This document shows, in pieces, positions 26,450-39,189 of a stretch of DNA of 64,000 nt (positions are counted from its first letter, which is position 1; every line of letters begins with the position of its first letter). The stretch is from Blasia pusilla (Eukaryota), in NCBI GenBank assembly GCA_050084515.1, contig CM114271.1:23312001-23376000 (forward strand), written 5' to 3'. The translations under genes and the position numbers were made by a program. The notes beneath the pieces are model-generated. The model saw nothing but the letters and a program-made list of their open reading frames with translations, did not search any database and was not told where the DNA came from.

Positions 26450-29400
26450 TGTCACGTCTTCTAGGATAGATCGGTGGGATCTAATAGAGCGCCTTCATGA
26501 GTAGTGGAGGACACGCCCAGTAGGTCGAGGGTGACTTGCTGAGGCCCTTGGATAGATTGGTGAGATCTAGTAGAGCGCCTTGGTGAGTAGTGGAGGACAT
26601 GCTGAGTAGGTTGAGGATGACCTGCTGGGGCCCCGGGAAACCTTAGAGAGCAGGTTTCCCCTTCGTTTCGGCTCATTTGGAGCCATATTGAGGAACTTAC
26701 TATTTTAGGTAAGTACCATTTTGAGTATATGATCGACTTACTATTTTTGGTAAGTGGCCCTTGACCTCCTACATCAGGTCAAGAGCCAAGGAGGTGACTT
26801 GGGAGAATAGGTTACCATGGAGAGAGCTTGGGAGAGGAGAGGGGTATACCTCAAGGAGAGAGAGCTTGAGAGCTCATTCTCTCTTTGTTGAACCTCTTGG
26901 CATGAGGCGGCGGAGCTATGGTACCTTGCCTTGTGAGTGTAACCCAAGCCTCTCATTAGGAGAGTGGGTTTGGTTTGACATGAGAGAGAGTGCACACCTT
27001 TGAGAGCTATGGTGTGAGATGGTGGAGAGAGATTGGATCTTACTTTACAAAGAGAGAATGAGAGAATGAGAGAGTGAGAGAGCTTCATGGGGGAGCTCGC
27101 TGGTCACTCGCTGTTTTTGCAGGTTGGGGACCGTATTCCCCGTTGAATGGCTCATGGGAGTGCTCACCGGAGCAAGGGCTGCTTTCATTACTCTTTACAT
27201 TTGTCGATTTTTCGTGTGGAAGAGTGGCGCGCGGAAGCGCTGCCCAATTTCTGATAGGGATTGAGTATGGGGGCGGGTTGCCCCATGCTGGTGCTCTCAA
27301 GAGCACCATGTAGCTTGCTGATTTGTATTTTTACAGATGTTACATTTTCGTTGGGAGAAATCAGCGCGGGAGCGCTGCCAAATTTTGTGTAGGAGAAAGA
27401 GACATTAGGCTTTACGACAGTCCCCATCAGTTTTTACTGAAATGTCCGATTCTAAATATTTTTTGATGGTAGCATAGATCATGAAGCTGTGCACGCTGTG
27501 CAACAAACAAGTGCACAATTTGGAGTTGTGAGCAAAAAGTTATGGGCAATCTTGTAAAGCTGCCATTGCTAGGCGATTTTTAGGGTTAAATCGTGCAAAC
27601 CCTAAATCAGCCGCCACACCGGCGGCGGCCGTCGCCATCATGGTCACCGTCAATGGTTGATGGTCAACCGTCACCGTCATCGGTTGGCCATCACCATCAG
27701 CGGTCAACCGTCACTGTCAAGGGTCCACCGTCCATTGTCCACCCTTTGGGTGCCATTGCTGCCATTACGGAGTGGAGGGTCTTCCATGACGTTCGTTGAT
27801 TCCTTGACTTGCGTCGCCACCACGTACTTTGTTTTGGCCGCCACCGTCATCATAGTTTCTTCATCAACCAGTGAAGGCAAATGACCTCCGGTTATGGTAT
27901 TTGAGTTTTGATTTCATGCTGCTATGTTGTGATTGGTAGCCGCTCGACAACGATCGAGTATCGTGCCGTGACGTTTGTAGCCGCAACGCGCCGCTGATTG
28001 CTGCGCCGTGCCGCTCGTGGCCGCACCGCACCATCTCGATCGCGGAGCCGCACCGTCATTGTGGAGCAGAGTGTGGGATTATTATTGATTGAGGAGGGTA
28101 TGCCGCCGAGTGCCGCATCCCACCATCGAGGGCCGTGCCGTTCGTAGCCGTTCCGTGCCGCCTGCAACGCCGCACCGTTCCGCTGGGACCGCACTGTCTA
28201 TCGAGGAGTTTTGAGCAGCATCAGTACGGGAGGAGTATGACTTGCTGATTGGAGGAGTTGTCTCCATGATCGAGTTGGGGTCGAGATTTGCAGTTGCTGA
28301 GGAGCGACATCGACATGTGTTCAGGTTACCCATTCTGGTCCTTTACCCTGCACGTGTGAGGGATTCTGGGATTTATTTGGGGATATTGGGTGTGTGGATG
28401 CTGAGAGCATCATTTATGTATGTGGTTTAGGGGACATAGACGTGTGTGGGATGTCGGGAGTTGAGGGTAGGTTGTCGATGAGATGATAGCTTGGTCGATT
28501 TGCCGCACCACGCCGCGTGTTGCCGCACGTTACACGCCTCGGGAGAGAGAGTGTAGATCGAAAGTGCCGCATGTTTGGGATGAGTGATTGAGGGATTCCT
28601 CACGAGGTTCAGTGTGATCGGGTGAGAGGGGCACGAGGGTCATCACGGAGTCTGTTCGGGACTTTGAGAGGTGAGGTGGTGAACCCGAGAGTAGCTCTAG
28701 AGGTTTTACGCGGAGTGGCGCGAGGTTTCGAGGGTCTCCACGTGAGGGACCACCTCGACCTCCTTCTGTGTCATCGTCAGACGAGGGGGAGGGTGTAGAG
28801 GAGTTTGTGAGCACATCGCCACACATTGTGAGTGGTCCTACCAGTTGGGCGTACAAGATGGACGACCGGGGTAGAGGACGCAGAGGTTTTCAGTGCGATG
28901 AGGGGCACGATTGAGTTGCACGATTTTATAGCGAGTTTAGAGTTGGTGCGACTCCTGGGCCGGCCAGAACTCTAGAGAGTTCAACCCGTTTCTGACATGG
29001 AACGGTATGTTCTAGCATTTAGAGGGGGCGCCCATGGACGAGTACCATGAGTTCTCTCAGAGATATGCATGTGAGATCGAGGCGTGGAGGCTCTACTATG
29101 ACCCATATTATGTGTCATGGACGGAGCTGTTCCCAGATGAGAAGGAGGAGTCAGGAGAGGCTACTGCCTCTTCCACTAGTGACGTTTTAGGAGGGGTCAC
29201 TCGCATGGGAGCAGTTGCACCGTCTAGTCGCGTTCGTCTCAGGTTCAACCCTCTGGTTGAGTTCTTTGCTGAGTTGAGGGCGAGCTACCAGGGGGTACGG
29301 ACGGAGAAGTTGCGGAGCATCCACGACTTCCAGAGGCACTCGGGTGAGAGTTTGCGTGAGGCTTACACTCGCTTGCGCCGGTTGATCAACGTCACTCAGG

Positions 29401-32400
29401 GGGTGATAGAGGCTCAGGCTATCCAGTCATGGTATGCGATGCTGGACCGGACCCTACGGACACGAAAAGTGCGGGGGGGCTTCTTATGAACACCTCCCCA
29501 CGTTGAGAGATGTTTTTAGGACCGCCGAGAACATTGAGCGCAACATGGCCGAGGAGAGCGTAGCCACCATGGGATCTGGCGAGAGCAATCACGATTATGC
29601 ACCACCTGCGGCAAAACGTGGACTCGAGATAGGTCGATGCGGGCACCACGAGCTCAAGGAGGATACCGAGAGGCCGTGCCACAGAGACCTGCGCCTTCAT
29701 ATGCGGCTTAGCAGCAGCCGCCTACTTTTACTTGTTGGTCATGTGGTGGAGCCCATCATCAACGCGATTGCACTCATCAGGGTCATGGACGTGTGCCTCA
29801 GCATGGAGGAGGAGATGGTGCTGCACCAGGAGGTTATCTGTGTGACTATTGTCAGAGGTATGGTCATACACGCGCCAGGTGTTTTAGTTTACATCCTGAG
29901 TTACGTCTGGACCGAGGGCCAGAGAGGGCACCAGAGCGAGTAGCCGGTCCGGGTGGGCCTAGAGATCGTGCACCAGGTGGTCCCGTTGGGGGACGAGGAG
30001 CTGGAGTTGCCCGACAGGGTGGTGGAGCTGCCCGTGGAGGAGGTAGAGTCCTACCACCTAGACACGCCGAGGGAGATGCCTTTGGGACGTGAGGTGGGAT
30101 GATCGCCGATGGGAGATACAACAACTATAGGAGCAGATTGCCGCTATGGCATTGAGGTTACCCGATGTCGGATCCGTGGCATCGACATCATATGGAGCGC
30201 CGAGATCCGGAGGATCCTGGATGGATGTGTGGGGTTGCCGGATGGAGGCCGCCGCAAGACGCTGGCGTGGAGCGGTGCAGAGTTGGATCCACGAGGATGG
30301 GGGAAGATGAGATGCACTAGGCTTCCTCAATCTTTCACGTTGTCGAGCGATGAGGACCCCATCGATGGGTCCTCATCAAAGTTCTTGGAGAGTTGGTAAT
30401 GTTGTTGGTGTGCAAGCACGGAGGGCGATGGGAGAAGCGAGTGTGCGACTCCTATTGTTGATGCTCGGGAGGGCATGTGTCGAAGCACGTTGTTGGGGCG
30501 GCCACCGGGGGTACCGCACTCCTTTATTTTCCGCTTCCGATGTTGTGGCGTTTTTACGCCGCTGGGCTTTTTGGCTGGCGCTTCACTATGTGAGCGCGGA
30601 GTTGGAGTTCTTGCATCACGTTCAAGGTGATTGCAGAGGAGGTGATGGACCTGCCCTTGGAGCGGATGCTCGGGCCGCCCACATAGATTCATGGCAAAGT
30701 CTGCGGTCGCTAGGATGGCGGAGATGCCCGCTAGACCCGCGATAGAGCGTGCCATGGCTTCTTCTGGTGTTGTGTTGCTCGATAACCGAGGAGAGGTCTT
30801 CCGGTTGGTGAGTCCCGGAGGTAGAGCTTTTAGTCATGGCAGCGCCTTGTTGGATTCAGAGCACAACCCTTGATGTTGGGGAAAGCGTCATTCAGAGGAT
30901 TGGGCTTGACGAGAGCCGATGTGGAGTGTTGTCCATTTCGGATCTGAGACATCCTTGGGTGGAGCGAGTACCACACGTATATCACTTCGATAGGAGGTGG
31001 TGGTGAGATTCGCCGGGACATCCTGAGATGATTCCGTGGTGCGCGCCAAGGCGATAGTGACGATCTTTGAGTCCTACAACGTCTTGGTTGGTGGAGCGAT
31101 GTTATACCCGATGGGGTTTTTCCTGGATTCTTGGGAGGAGTCGGCCCTCTGAGACCAGGATGGCGTCGGTGATGGGCGCCTTAGCTCATTACCCGTTCGA
31201 TTCACAGTGCGATGATCGAGCAACGGCGAGAGAGATGGCGACCTTAGCAAAGATTTAGCGGTGCCATCACTTGGCCTAGTGATTTGATTGAGGACATGTC
31301 CATGCAGAGGATACTCCCGTTCGACATTTCTATGGAGAGGAGTGTTATGGTAGCGCATCATTCCGTGGAGGAGAGGTGCGCCTGGGGCTCGACTTAGAGC
31401 TTCAACGACGATTGGAGATCTTGACGTCGGCACCGCATGGAGCGAGGCGTTTGCACCAGAGCGTGACGGGTCTGAGGAACCCAAGGTAGCGGGGAGTGCT
31501 ACGATGACACCCTTGGATACTACACCCATTGTGTGGTTTACCCCGGAGGAGGGTATTCGAGTGTTAGATCTCTTTGGAGGGATGTCATGACCATACGGAT
31601 TATGTCGTAGAGTATAGTGTGCTAGTAGAGGCCATTCCTTATGTAGGACCGTGGTGGCTTGGTAGAGATGCGGTTCCATACATAGGGTTGGGGGTTACTC
31701 AGTTGGGGGTGAGTTTCCCAATAGGGCCCACTCTTAGGTTGGAGGATATAAGGTGGAGTGCACTCAAAGAATAGTCAGTTCTTTGAGTTGAGCCTGTTGC
31801 GTTGGGAGTTAGCCTTGGTAGTGAGTAGAGCTCTTGGCTATGGTGTTTCCCGCAAGCTTTGATCTAGATTCTCCCATCGTGGAGTGGGTTTGGCTTGATT
31901 GTATGTGATTGTAAACGTGTTTTATGACAGTAGGTCTTTCACGGATTTCACTCAAAGAAGCGGAGTAGATCGATGGTAGCCGATTGTAGATCAAGAGGGA
32001 TCTGGTTAGGGTTGATTGTGTACTCAGCCGTGGATGTTCGCGGCTTGTTGCCTATGTTGGAGGTGTGAATCAGGTGCGTGGTTGCTTGGGAAAGAAGCGC
32101 CTTGCTGAGAACTTTCCAACGCGCTGTAGATCGCCGGATTTCGTCAAGGGAGTTGGAAGTTATCAAGCATTGAAGATTCTGGTTCGTGTTCGACAGTTTT
32201 CTGATGTGGAGAGCTTGGAGTGCGGAAGCTCTGTTGAAGTTCATCCAGATCGGGTGAGAGGTTCCTATTGCTACTTGTATTTTGATCTCATGTGAACCTA
32301 TCAGCTCGAGTGCGTGGAGCATTGCGGATTTCTGCGTGCATGAAACTTGGCGGAAGCGCTGTCGGATTTGCGGTTCTAGAGGTGTATGGACAGCAAGTTT

Positions 32401-33327
32401 GTCTGATTTTTAGCTCGGAGTACGGAGCTCGGTTGTAGCTGAGTTTTTGTGGGGAGATATCTATGGTGGTCAATTGAATTTTGATCGAAACAGATTTGAT
32501 TTTGGTCACGTATTTGTGAAGTAATTTCTGATCGAAATTTTGCGGACTAGCTCAAGGTCTGGCTATGGTGGACAGCGGATCGGAGGGGCTGGTTGGTTGG
32601 TGACTCGTTCATTGTTGGAGACGCCTATCCCGTTGGGGGCGCCCTGGTTGGACCTCACGCCCAAGCAAGCAAGCTTGCTTGCTTGGGCGTGAGGCAATTT
32701 TTGCAGGATTTGGGATTTGAGTTTTGCATAATTGGTCACCCATCTTTGGGCTATTCTGCCTGGAGGACGCTTAACTGCTGAGTTCTTCACTATGCCAGTG
32801 TACAGACTGTTGTAGCTCATTTGGTGCTATTCGGAGATGTGTTAGGTGCTTTATGCATCTCAAGTTTTTGGTTGATGTACCTCTAGCGCATAGTACGGTG
32901 TAGCCTCTCCATGCAGGTGATATTTTCAGGTGCTGCGAGTTCGACTAGCACGTCATCGACCCGGCGGAGTAGCTATTGCGTTAGAATTGTGTGGTGGGTT
33001 TTGTGGATTCAGAGGGCACCATGTTTGGTGGATTGTGTTACCTTGATTTCCATTTGCGATTGGAGGGTTGTCGTTGGACTTCCTGTGTTTGGATCCCCTC
33101 CATCGTGCTTCTTGCTTGCGCGCCCATTGTTAGGGTTGACGCTGATTTCCAGAGTAGTGTTACTCCTGTGTGCTACCGGTAGTGAGGCTGGAGGGATGAC
33201 GAGTAGACTGTGGGAGACTTCTTGTGGTGATGACAAGTTAGGTTGCCTACACCCATAGCTAGTAGAGCTAGAATAGTATAGCGACATCCACGTCACTTGG
33301 TAATTTGGTGGGGGTGCGGCATCGACG

Positions 33328-34760
33328 TTGGTCATCACGGAGCTGTCGGGTGGTCTGGTTGGGGACCGTGGCGCGGACAGTGGTGGTTTCACACGGAGTG
33401 GATTTAGGTATCGGCTACCTTTTCCACTTCCGACGGTTGATGAAGAGGAGGACGAGGGTGTTCCAAACACCGAGTCTTCTACGTTGTTATCGAGTGTTGC
33501 AGCTCCATTGATTTGGGACATGGACGGTGGATATGGGGCCATGAAGGGCCCACGACGATACTCGAGTGCAGTGGGTACCATTGAGTTGGAGGACTTCATG
33601 CAGGAGTTTGATACGTGGTGTGATATGCAGATGTTGCGGAACGCCACGTTGTTTACACCCTTCTTGGCTTGGAAGGGGTTGTTTCAGCACTTGGAAGGAC
33701 CACCCATGGATGATTACCATGAGTTTAGGAAGGACCATGTTGCTGAGATTGAGGCATGGAGACAATATTGGTCTCCAGGCTATGTGTCTATCACCCATGG
33801 TGGTATTGGTAGTAGTGCTCCTACTATGCCACCCAGCCCGACGCTGAGTGGTAATGAGCACGAGCCGGAGTGGGGGTACCGGTGGGGGTACTAGTGGGGG
33901 TACTAGTGGAGGTTCTAGTGCCCCACCATTGTTTAGCCCGGTTGCAGAGTTCTTCAAGAGGTTGAAGAAGAACTATCAAGGAGTGAAGACGGAGAAGTTG
34001 AGGAATCTTCAGGACTTTGAGTGAAAGACTGGTGAGAGTCTTCGTGAGGCATACACGCGTATCATGCGACGCTTGATTTCGATTACCTGGGGTGTGACGA
34101 GGATCAGCGATCGATTTTGGTATGGGATCTTGGACAGAGATTTGCGCCGTAGGGTACGTGATGCTACTCTTATGAGTGATGATTCACCCACATTGACCCA
34201 TTTGTTTGCTCTATCTGAGAAGATTGAGCTTAACATGGTGAAGGAGAGAGTGGTGACATCCGCATTCAGTAGGGATACAACTACTACTTCTCGTGTTTAG
34301 CCGCCCACCTCACAGTCTCGTAGTAGTGGTGGTGGTAGTAGTAGTGGGAGTCGTGGGGGGTACACGCGACCTCAGTCAAGTCCTAGAGGGACATTTGTGC
34401 AGAGACCATTGCCTTCATTTGCTGCCCCGCAGCAAGGACAATCATGTTGGACATGTGGAGGTGATCATGTTAGGAAGTTTTGTCCCCAAGAGGATGGGAG
34501 ACGGACTTTGGAGGATGGGCCTCAATCGGCCCCAACTCAGTGTGATCATTGCGGGAGACTAGGTCATCCTCGAGAGCGTTGCTTTGATCTTCATCCAGAG
34601 TTGAGATCAGGCCGTGGCCGTGGTGGAGTAGCTCCGAGAGGCCGAGGTGGTAGAGGTGGTAGGGGTGGTAGAGGTGGACCAGTGGTTGGAGAGCCTCACG
34701 GTAGCTACCCCTACCACTACGGCAGAGTCGCCTACTATGGTCGCCAAGATTGAGCAGATT
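33328..34760 (+). pseudogene. Gag of element B1 with two zinc knuckles and an RGG tract
   Basis: GPRRYSSAVGTIELEDFMQEFDTWCD; CWTCGGDHVRKFC; CDHCGRLGHPRERC; RGRGG repeats; stops and frameshifts. Confidence 0.85.
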
Positions 34761-36149
34761 GGAGCAGGTTGGCTACCATGGCTTGTATCCAAGATAGATC
34801 AGGTTTGGGAGCAAGGGCTTCCACCTCTTATGGAGGGGATGATCTCTCTTATATGGCGAGTGCAGCACAGGTTGAGGCATCAGCTGCAGTTACGAGAGGA
34901 GCCACTCGAGCGTCAGACCCACGTGGTGCTACTGTGGAGTTGGACCCACAGAGGGTGAGGGGGAGGCGGTGCCAGGCTTCCCAATCATTCTTGTTGTCCG
35001 AGGTGCTTAGGACTCCATCCATGGTTCCCACGCTGACCTATTGAGCCGGCAGTGGGGATCGAGGCATCTACATCGCGTGTAGTAGACACGGATGCAACAT
35101 CCAATGTAGTATTGCGGATGGCAACGGTGTTGGGATCCCCATTGTTTTCGCCACGAGCCGATGGCTTTAGGAGTTGACTTAGCTCTTGTATTTGATTAGC
35201 GACCACGTTGTGTGAACGTGGGGTGTTCTTGCTACACGTGTTGAGGTGGATGAGGGTGTTGCGGTGGAGCGACCCTCTATGTCGAGTAGCATTGAGTACC
35301 GGTGCTACTTGGCAGGTGCAGCGCTAAGATGGATGCATTACCAGCCCGGCCAGCCATTGATCGTGAGAGGCTTACACCTGGTGTATGTATGTTGGACAAC
35401 CGAGTGGGATCTTTGATTGGTGAGTCCTACAGAGGTGTATAGACCGGATAGAGTCTTGTTAGACTCGGTGCCCAACCTTTGATGTTGGGAAAGGCGGCAT
35501 GTATTGGTTTGGGTATTCGGAGGTCGAGCTTGAGCCTTGCCCATTCCAGATTCAAACATCACTTGAGGAGCCAATGATAGGTCTCAATTCATGACACGGG
35601 AAAAGTTTTTCTGATTGAGACTAGATCATGCGATTGATAGCTCCCGGTTGGGAATATCTCGGTAGTCACATCACCGTAAAGTCGTATGATGTACTAGTTG
35701 GAGGAGCGATGATTGTACCCGATGGGTTTTCGGATGGATTCTTGGGACTGAGACAACGTCTTATAGACCAGGTTGGCAATCCGGGATGGACGTATGAGCC
35801 AAGTTCCTGTGAGATTTATTTTGGGGCTCGACCAGAGGGTCTTCCCCAACAAAGATTAGCATATGTGGCTGGTTTTAGTGGAGTAGTCACTTGGCCAAGA
35901 GACTTTTGGAGGGTAATGTTTTACGCTATGGATTCTCCTGCGCATGAGGAGGTAGAGGAGGTCCCTATTTTTGCAGCAAATGGCATCCTCATCGTTGGAT
36001 GTGCCACTTTGGAGTTCAGCGGTGCACTAAGGCAGAGGCGATCGCCTAGTGCAGAGGCTTGGTGTGAGGTGTTATACCTCACAAGGAAGAGGAGGCCCCA
36101 CGGCGGTCTCCTACTACTGGCCTAGTTGGTTATCCCTTTGGATACTACA

Positions 36150-37120
36150 CCCATTGTATGGCAGTATCCGCCGGAGGGCATTTGTGTGTTAGATCTCTTT
36201 GGTGGGATTAGCACTAGTTTGGCGGCAGTGTTGCAGGCCGGTATTCCTGTGCGGAGATACGTGTATGTGGAGCGAGATGAGACGGCCGAGAGAGTCTCAT
36301 CCCGACATATTGGTCAGTTGATGCGGAGATATCCTGAGTTGTTGCCGCCATCAGCTATTCGTGGGTACCAGCGTGCTTTACCATCACACATTGCATTGTT
36401 GGGGGCGCAGGACCTTGAGAGGGTTGGTCTTGTGGATTTGGTGATTCTTTGGATGGCCATGTCGTGGTCATACACGTCTTTGGTCGTGGTGAGGGATTAC
36501 ATGACCCTAGGTCTCGATTGTTTTGGGAGATGTTACGGGTGTTACGACATCTTCAGTTCATCGAGCACGTGCTCAGCTTATATTCTCGAGAATGTTCCAT
36601 TGTTGGGTGACACTCGGACCCGGATGATGGCGAGTGTTCATGAGGTGCGGTCTTGATTGGACCAACGTTGTTGTTGGATGCGCTTGAAGTTGGCTCGCGA
36701 TGCACATCGCCCACGCTTGTGGTGGACAAACTTGTTGCCTAGGAGTTTCTCGTCGAGCATATGATGCAAAGGCGGGATCCTCGCCTTACAAAGTGGATAG
36801 TATCTTGATATCTTGGCGACTTTCTCAAGTGGTGAGGGTTATTGATCGGTCACCCATGGCGTGGTGAACCGTGTGGGCCACCTAGGATGGCACTACCCAC
36901 ATTTGTGAGTTTTCCGTGTCACATGCCTGAGGGAAGGTGGTCCGGCTTGTATGGGATTCTCATGGCGGCGAGTTGGTGGAGCCTAACGCTGATGAGAGAG
37001 AGCATGCGATGGGATTTACATCTTGGCGTGGGGTTGCTTCTATTTCTAAGGCTTCACGACGTCATGTGTTGGGGTCAGCCATGGACCTGAATTGTTTGAC
37101 TTGGATTTTGAGTCTTGGTA
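36150..37120 (+). pseudogene. C5-cytosine DNA methyltransferase domain (DNMT3-like) inside the Gypsy pol region
   Basis: Motif I VLDLFGGIST; acidic motif II YVERD; motif IV VDLVI..GWPC (ggatggccatgt ~36451); SRLFWEMLRVL; motif VI YILENVP; motif VIII HRPRLWWTN; motif IX EPNADEREHAMGF; motif X RRHVLGSAM. Canonical order, with frameshifts. Confidence 0.9.
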
Positions 37121-37364
37121 TGGCGAGCGTCGACTTCGGACTATGTCTGTGGGTCTTCCACCCCTTGTAATGAGCTCGATGGCTACCGGGACGGTAGAGG
37201 CATCGGCTGGGGGCGAGGAGAGTAGTATTTTGCATCCTTGGAGTAAATGGGATGTAATGGTTGGGCATGTGGAGTTGGTTGCTCATGCTGGTAGAGGAGT
37301 TATTTGCTCAGATGATGGTGTAGCTAAGGGTGTATCATCTTGTGAGGGGGTTGCGTAGGAGCCA

Positions 37365-38830
37365 ATGGCATCATCCTCTCCCTCTAGTATGCCAGTGGAG
37401 GAGACTTGGGAGCCATTACTTGGGCCCAAGCTTACGGGAGGTGAGAAACGACGCTTGACACAGTTCCTAGGTGCTTATAGGAGTTGTTTTGCCTTTAGCA
37501 TGAAGGAGTTGGGTTCTCTGGTTGGACCCGGTATACGGATTGATTTGGCTAGTGATACGCCAATCTTCCGTCGTCCCTACCGATATAGTGATATGGAGAG
37601 GGACCTGATTCAGAGTAGGACGTTGGACCTTTTGGAGGCTGGATTAGTGGAGTTGTCGCATGGAGAGTATGCATCAGCCACTGTCATGCTTGCTAAAAAG
37701 GATATGCATGGCAGCTACACGGATAGGCGGATGTGTGGAGATAACCGTCCTATCAATCGGCAAACCAAGGCCGATAGGTATGCCATGCCTACACCTGAGG
37801 AGATCTTTGATGTGGTGGGACATGCAAAGATTTTTAGTACTTTGGATCTTCGGGCAGGATACCATCAATTGCCGATTCGGGAGAGTGACAAGGCCAAGAT
37901 AGCATTTTGGGGTGTCAACTCTCATGGCAAGGATTGTTTGTACTAGTGGAAATTCTTACCCTTTGGGTTGAAGAATGCACCTGCCGAGTTTCAAAGAGTG
38001 ATGGGACGGGATCCTAGGGGTTGGATTTTGTTTGGTGTTACATTGATGATATCTTGGTGTTCAGTAACACGGTGGAGGAGCATCAGATACATTTGCAAAT
38101 GGTGTTTGAGCGTTTGAAAGCTCATGGTCTACGTTTGCATCCAAGAAAGTGTAAGTTCTTCCATGAGGATGTTGAGTACTTGGGTCATATGATCTATCCA
38201 GGTGGTTTGGGAGTTTAGCAAGCAAAGGTGGAGGCTATTGCACTTATTCCGCGTCCGGTAGATGTGAGTAGAGTTCGAGCATTCATGGGATTGGCGAACT
38301 ACTATCGAGGTATGTGAAGGGATTTAGTGCTATGGCAAAGCCTTTGAACCAATTGCTGAAATCAGATCAAGAGTGGCAATCGGGGGAGATGATCGGGAGA
38401 GAGCTTTTGTGGAGCTTAAGGCCCGGTTGGTGGCGGCGCCTATCTTGAGGAGACCTATCGAGGGCGCCCATTTCGATTACACACTGATTGGAGTAGGTTG
38501 GGACTTGAGCGGTGTTGACACAACATGATGATGAGCACATGGAGTTTGTGGTGGCCTATGCAAGTCGTTCGAATAATGGATGGAGTCGCGCTATAGTTCA
38601 TATGAGGGAGAGTGCTTGGCAAGAGTGTGGCTGTGGCACACTTTAGGTGTTACTTGTTTGGCACACGTTTACCCTTGTTCTGATCACCGGCCGCTCAAGT
38701 GGTTGATGGAGTCGGACAAGCTTACAGGGAAGCTTGCACGGTGGGCTCTTATCTTACAAGAGTATGACTTCGGGTGGTACATAGACTGGAGTTGCCAACC
38801 TTGATCTTTGATGGGTTGAGTAGGAACCCA
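37365..38830 (+). pseudogene. Gypsy reverse transcriptase and RNase H of B1
   Basis: PIFRRPYRYS, RMCGDNRPIN, FSTLDLRAGYHQL, PFGLKNAP, YIDDILVFS, VAYASRSN, YSSYEGECLA, DHRPLKWL, ARWALILQEYDF. Confidence 0.95.
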
Positions 38831-39189
38831 TGTACTAGCCAAGAGGATACAAGCGGGGCTAGATGGCATGGCAAGGGTGATGAGGAGATGGTGCTAGGTT
38901 GGCATGCATCCGCCTTTTATGTTGGTTAGGGGTGGACTCTAGTATGGAGGACCACATGATATCTTACTCTAGTCAGAGGGTAGATGGCCAGCCTTCAGAT
39001 CCTAAGGTTGGAGATGGTGGTACGGATCAGCGTGATATTCATGATGATGCGTTGGTGTTGGAGTTCCTACGGACCAGTAGGGTGCCAGGCATAGTGAGTG
39101 CCAAGGAGCGAGACCGTGTTCTTCAACGTGCTAAGAGGTATCGATTGGAGGGAACACATATTCTCCGCGTGTGGGAGGATGGTAGAGTA

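Noticed and set aside
31583-31929. Conventional 347-bp LTR ending at TGACA (31929 / 41099)
   Set aside because: Similarity between the copies continues ~21 bp past this point, no PBS follows, and the host frame resumes only after the second B repeat (~41226). Family A's A repeat has no such CA end.
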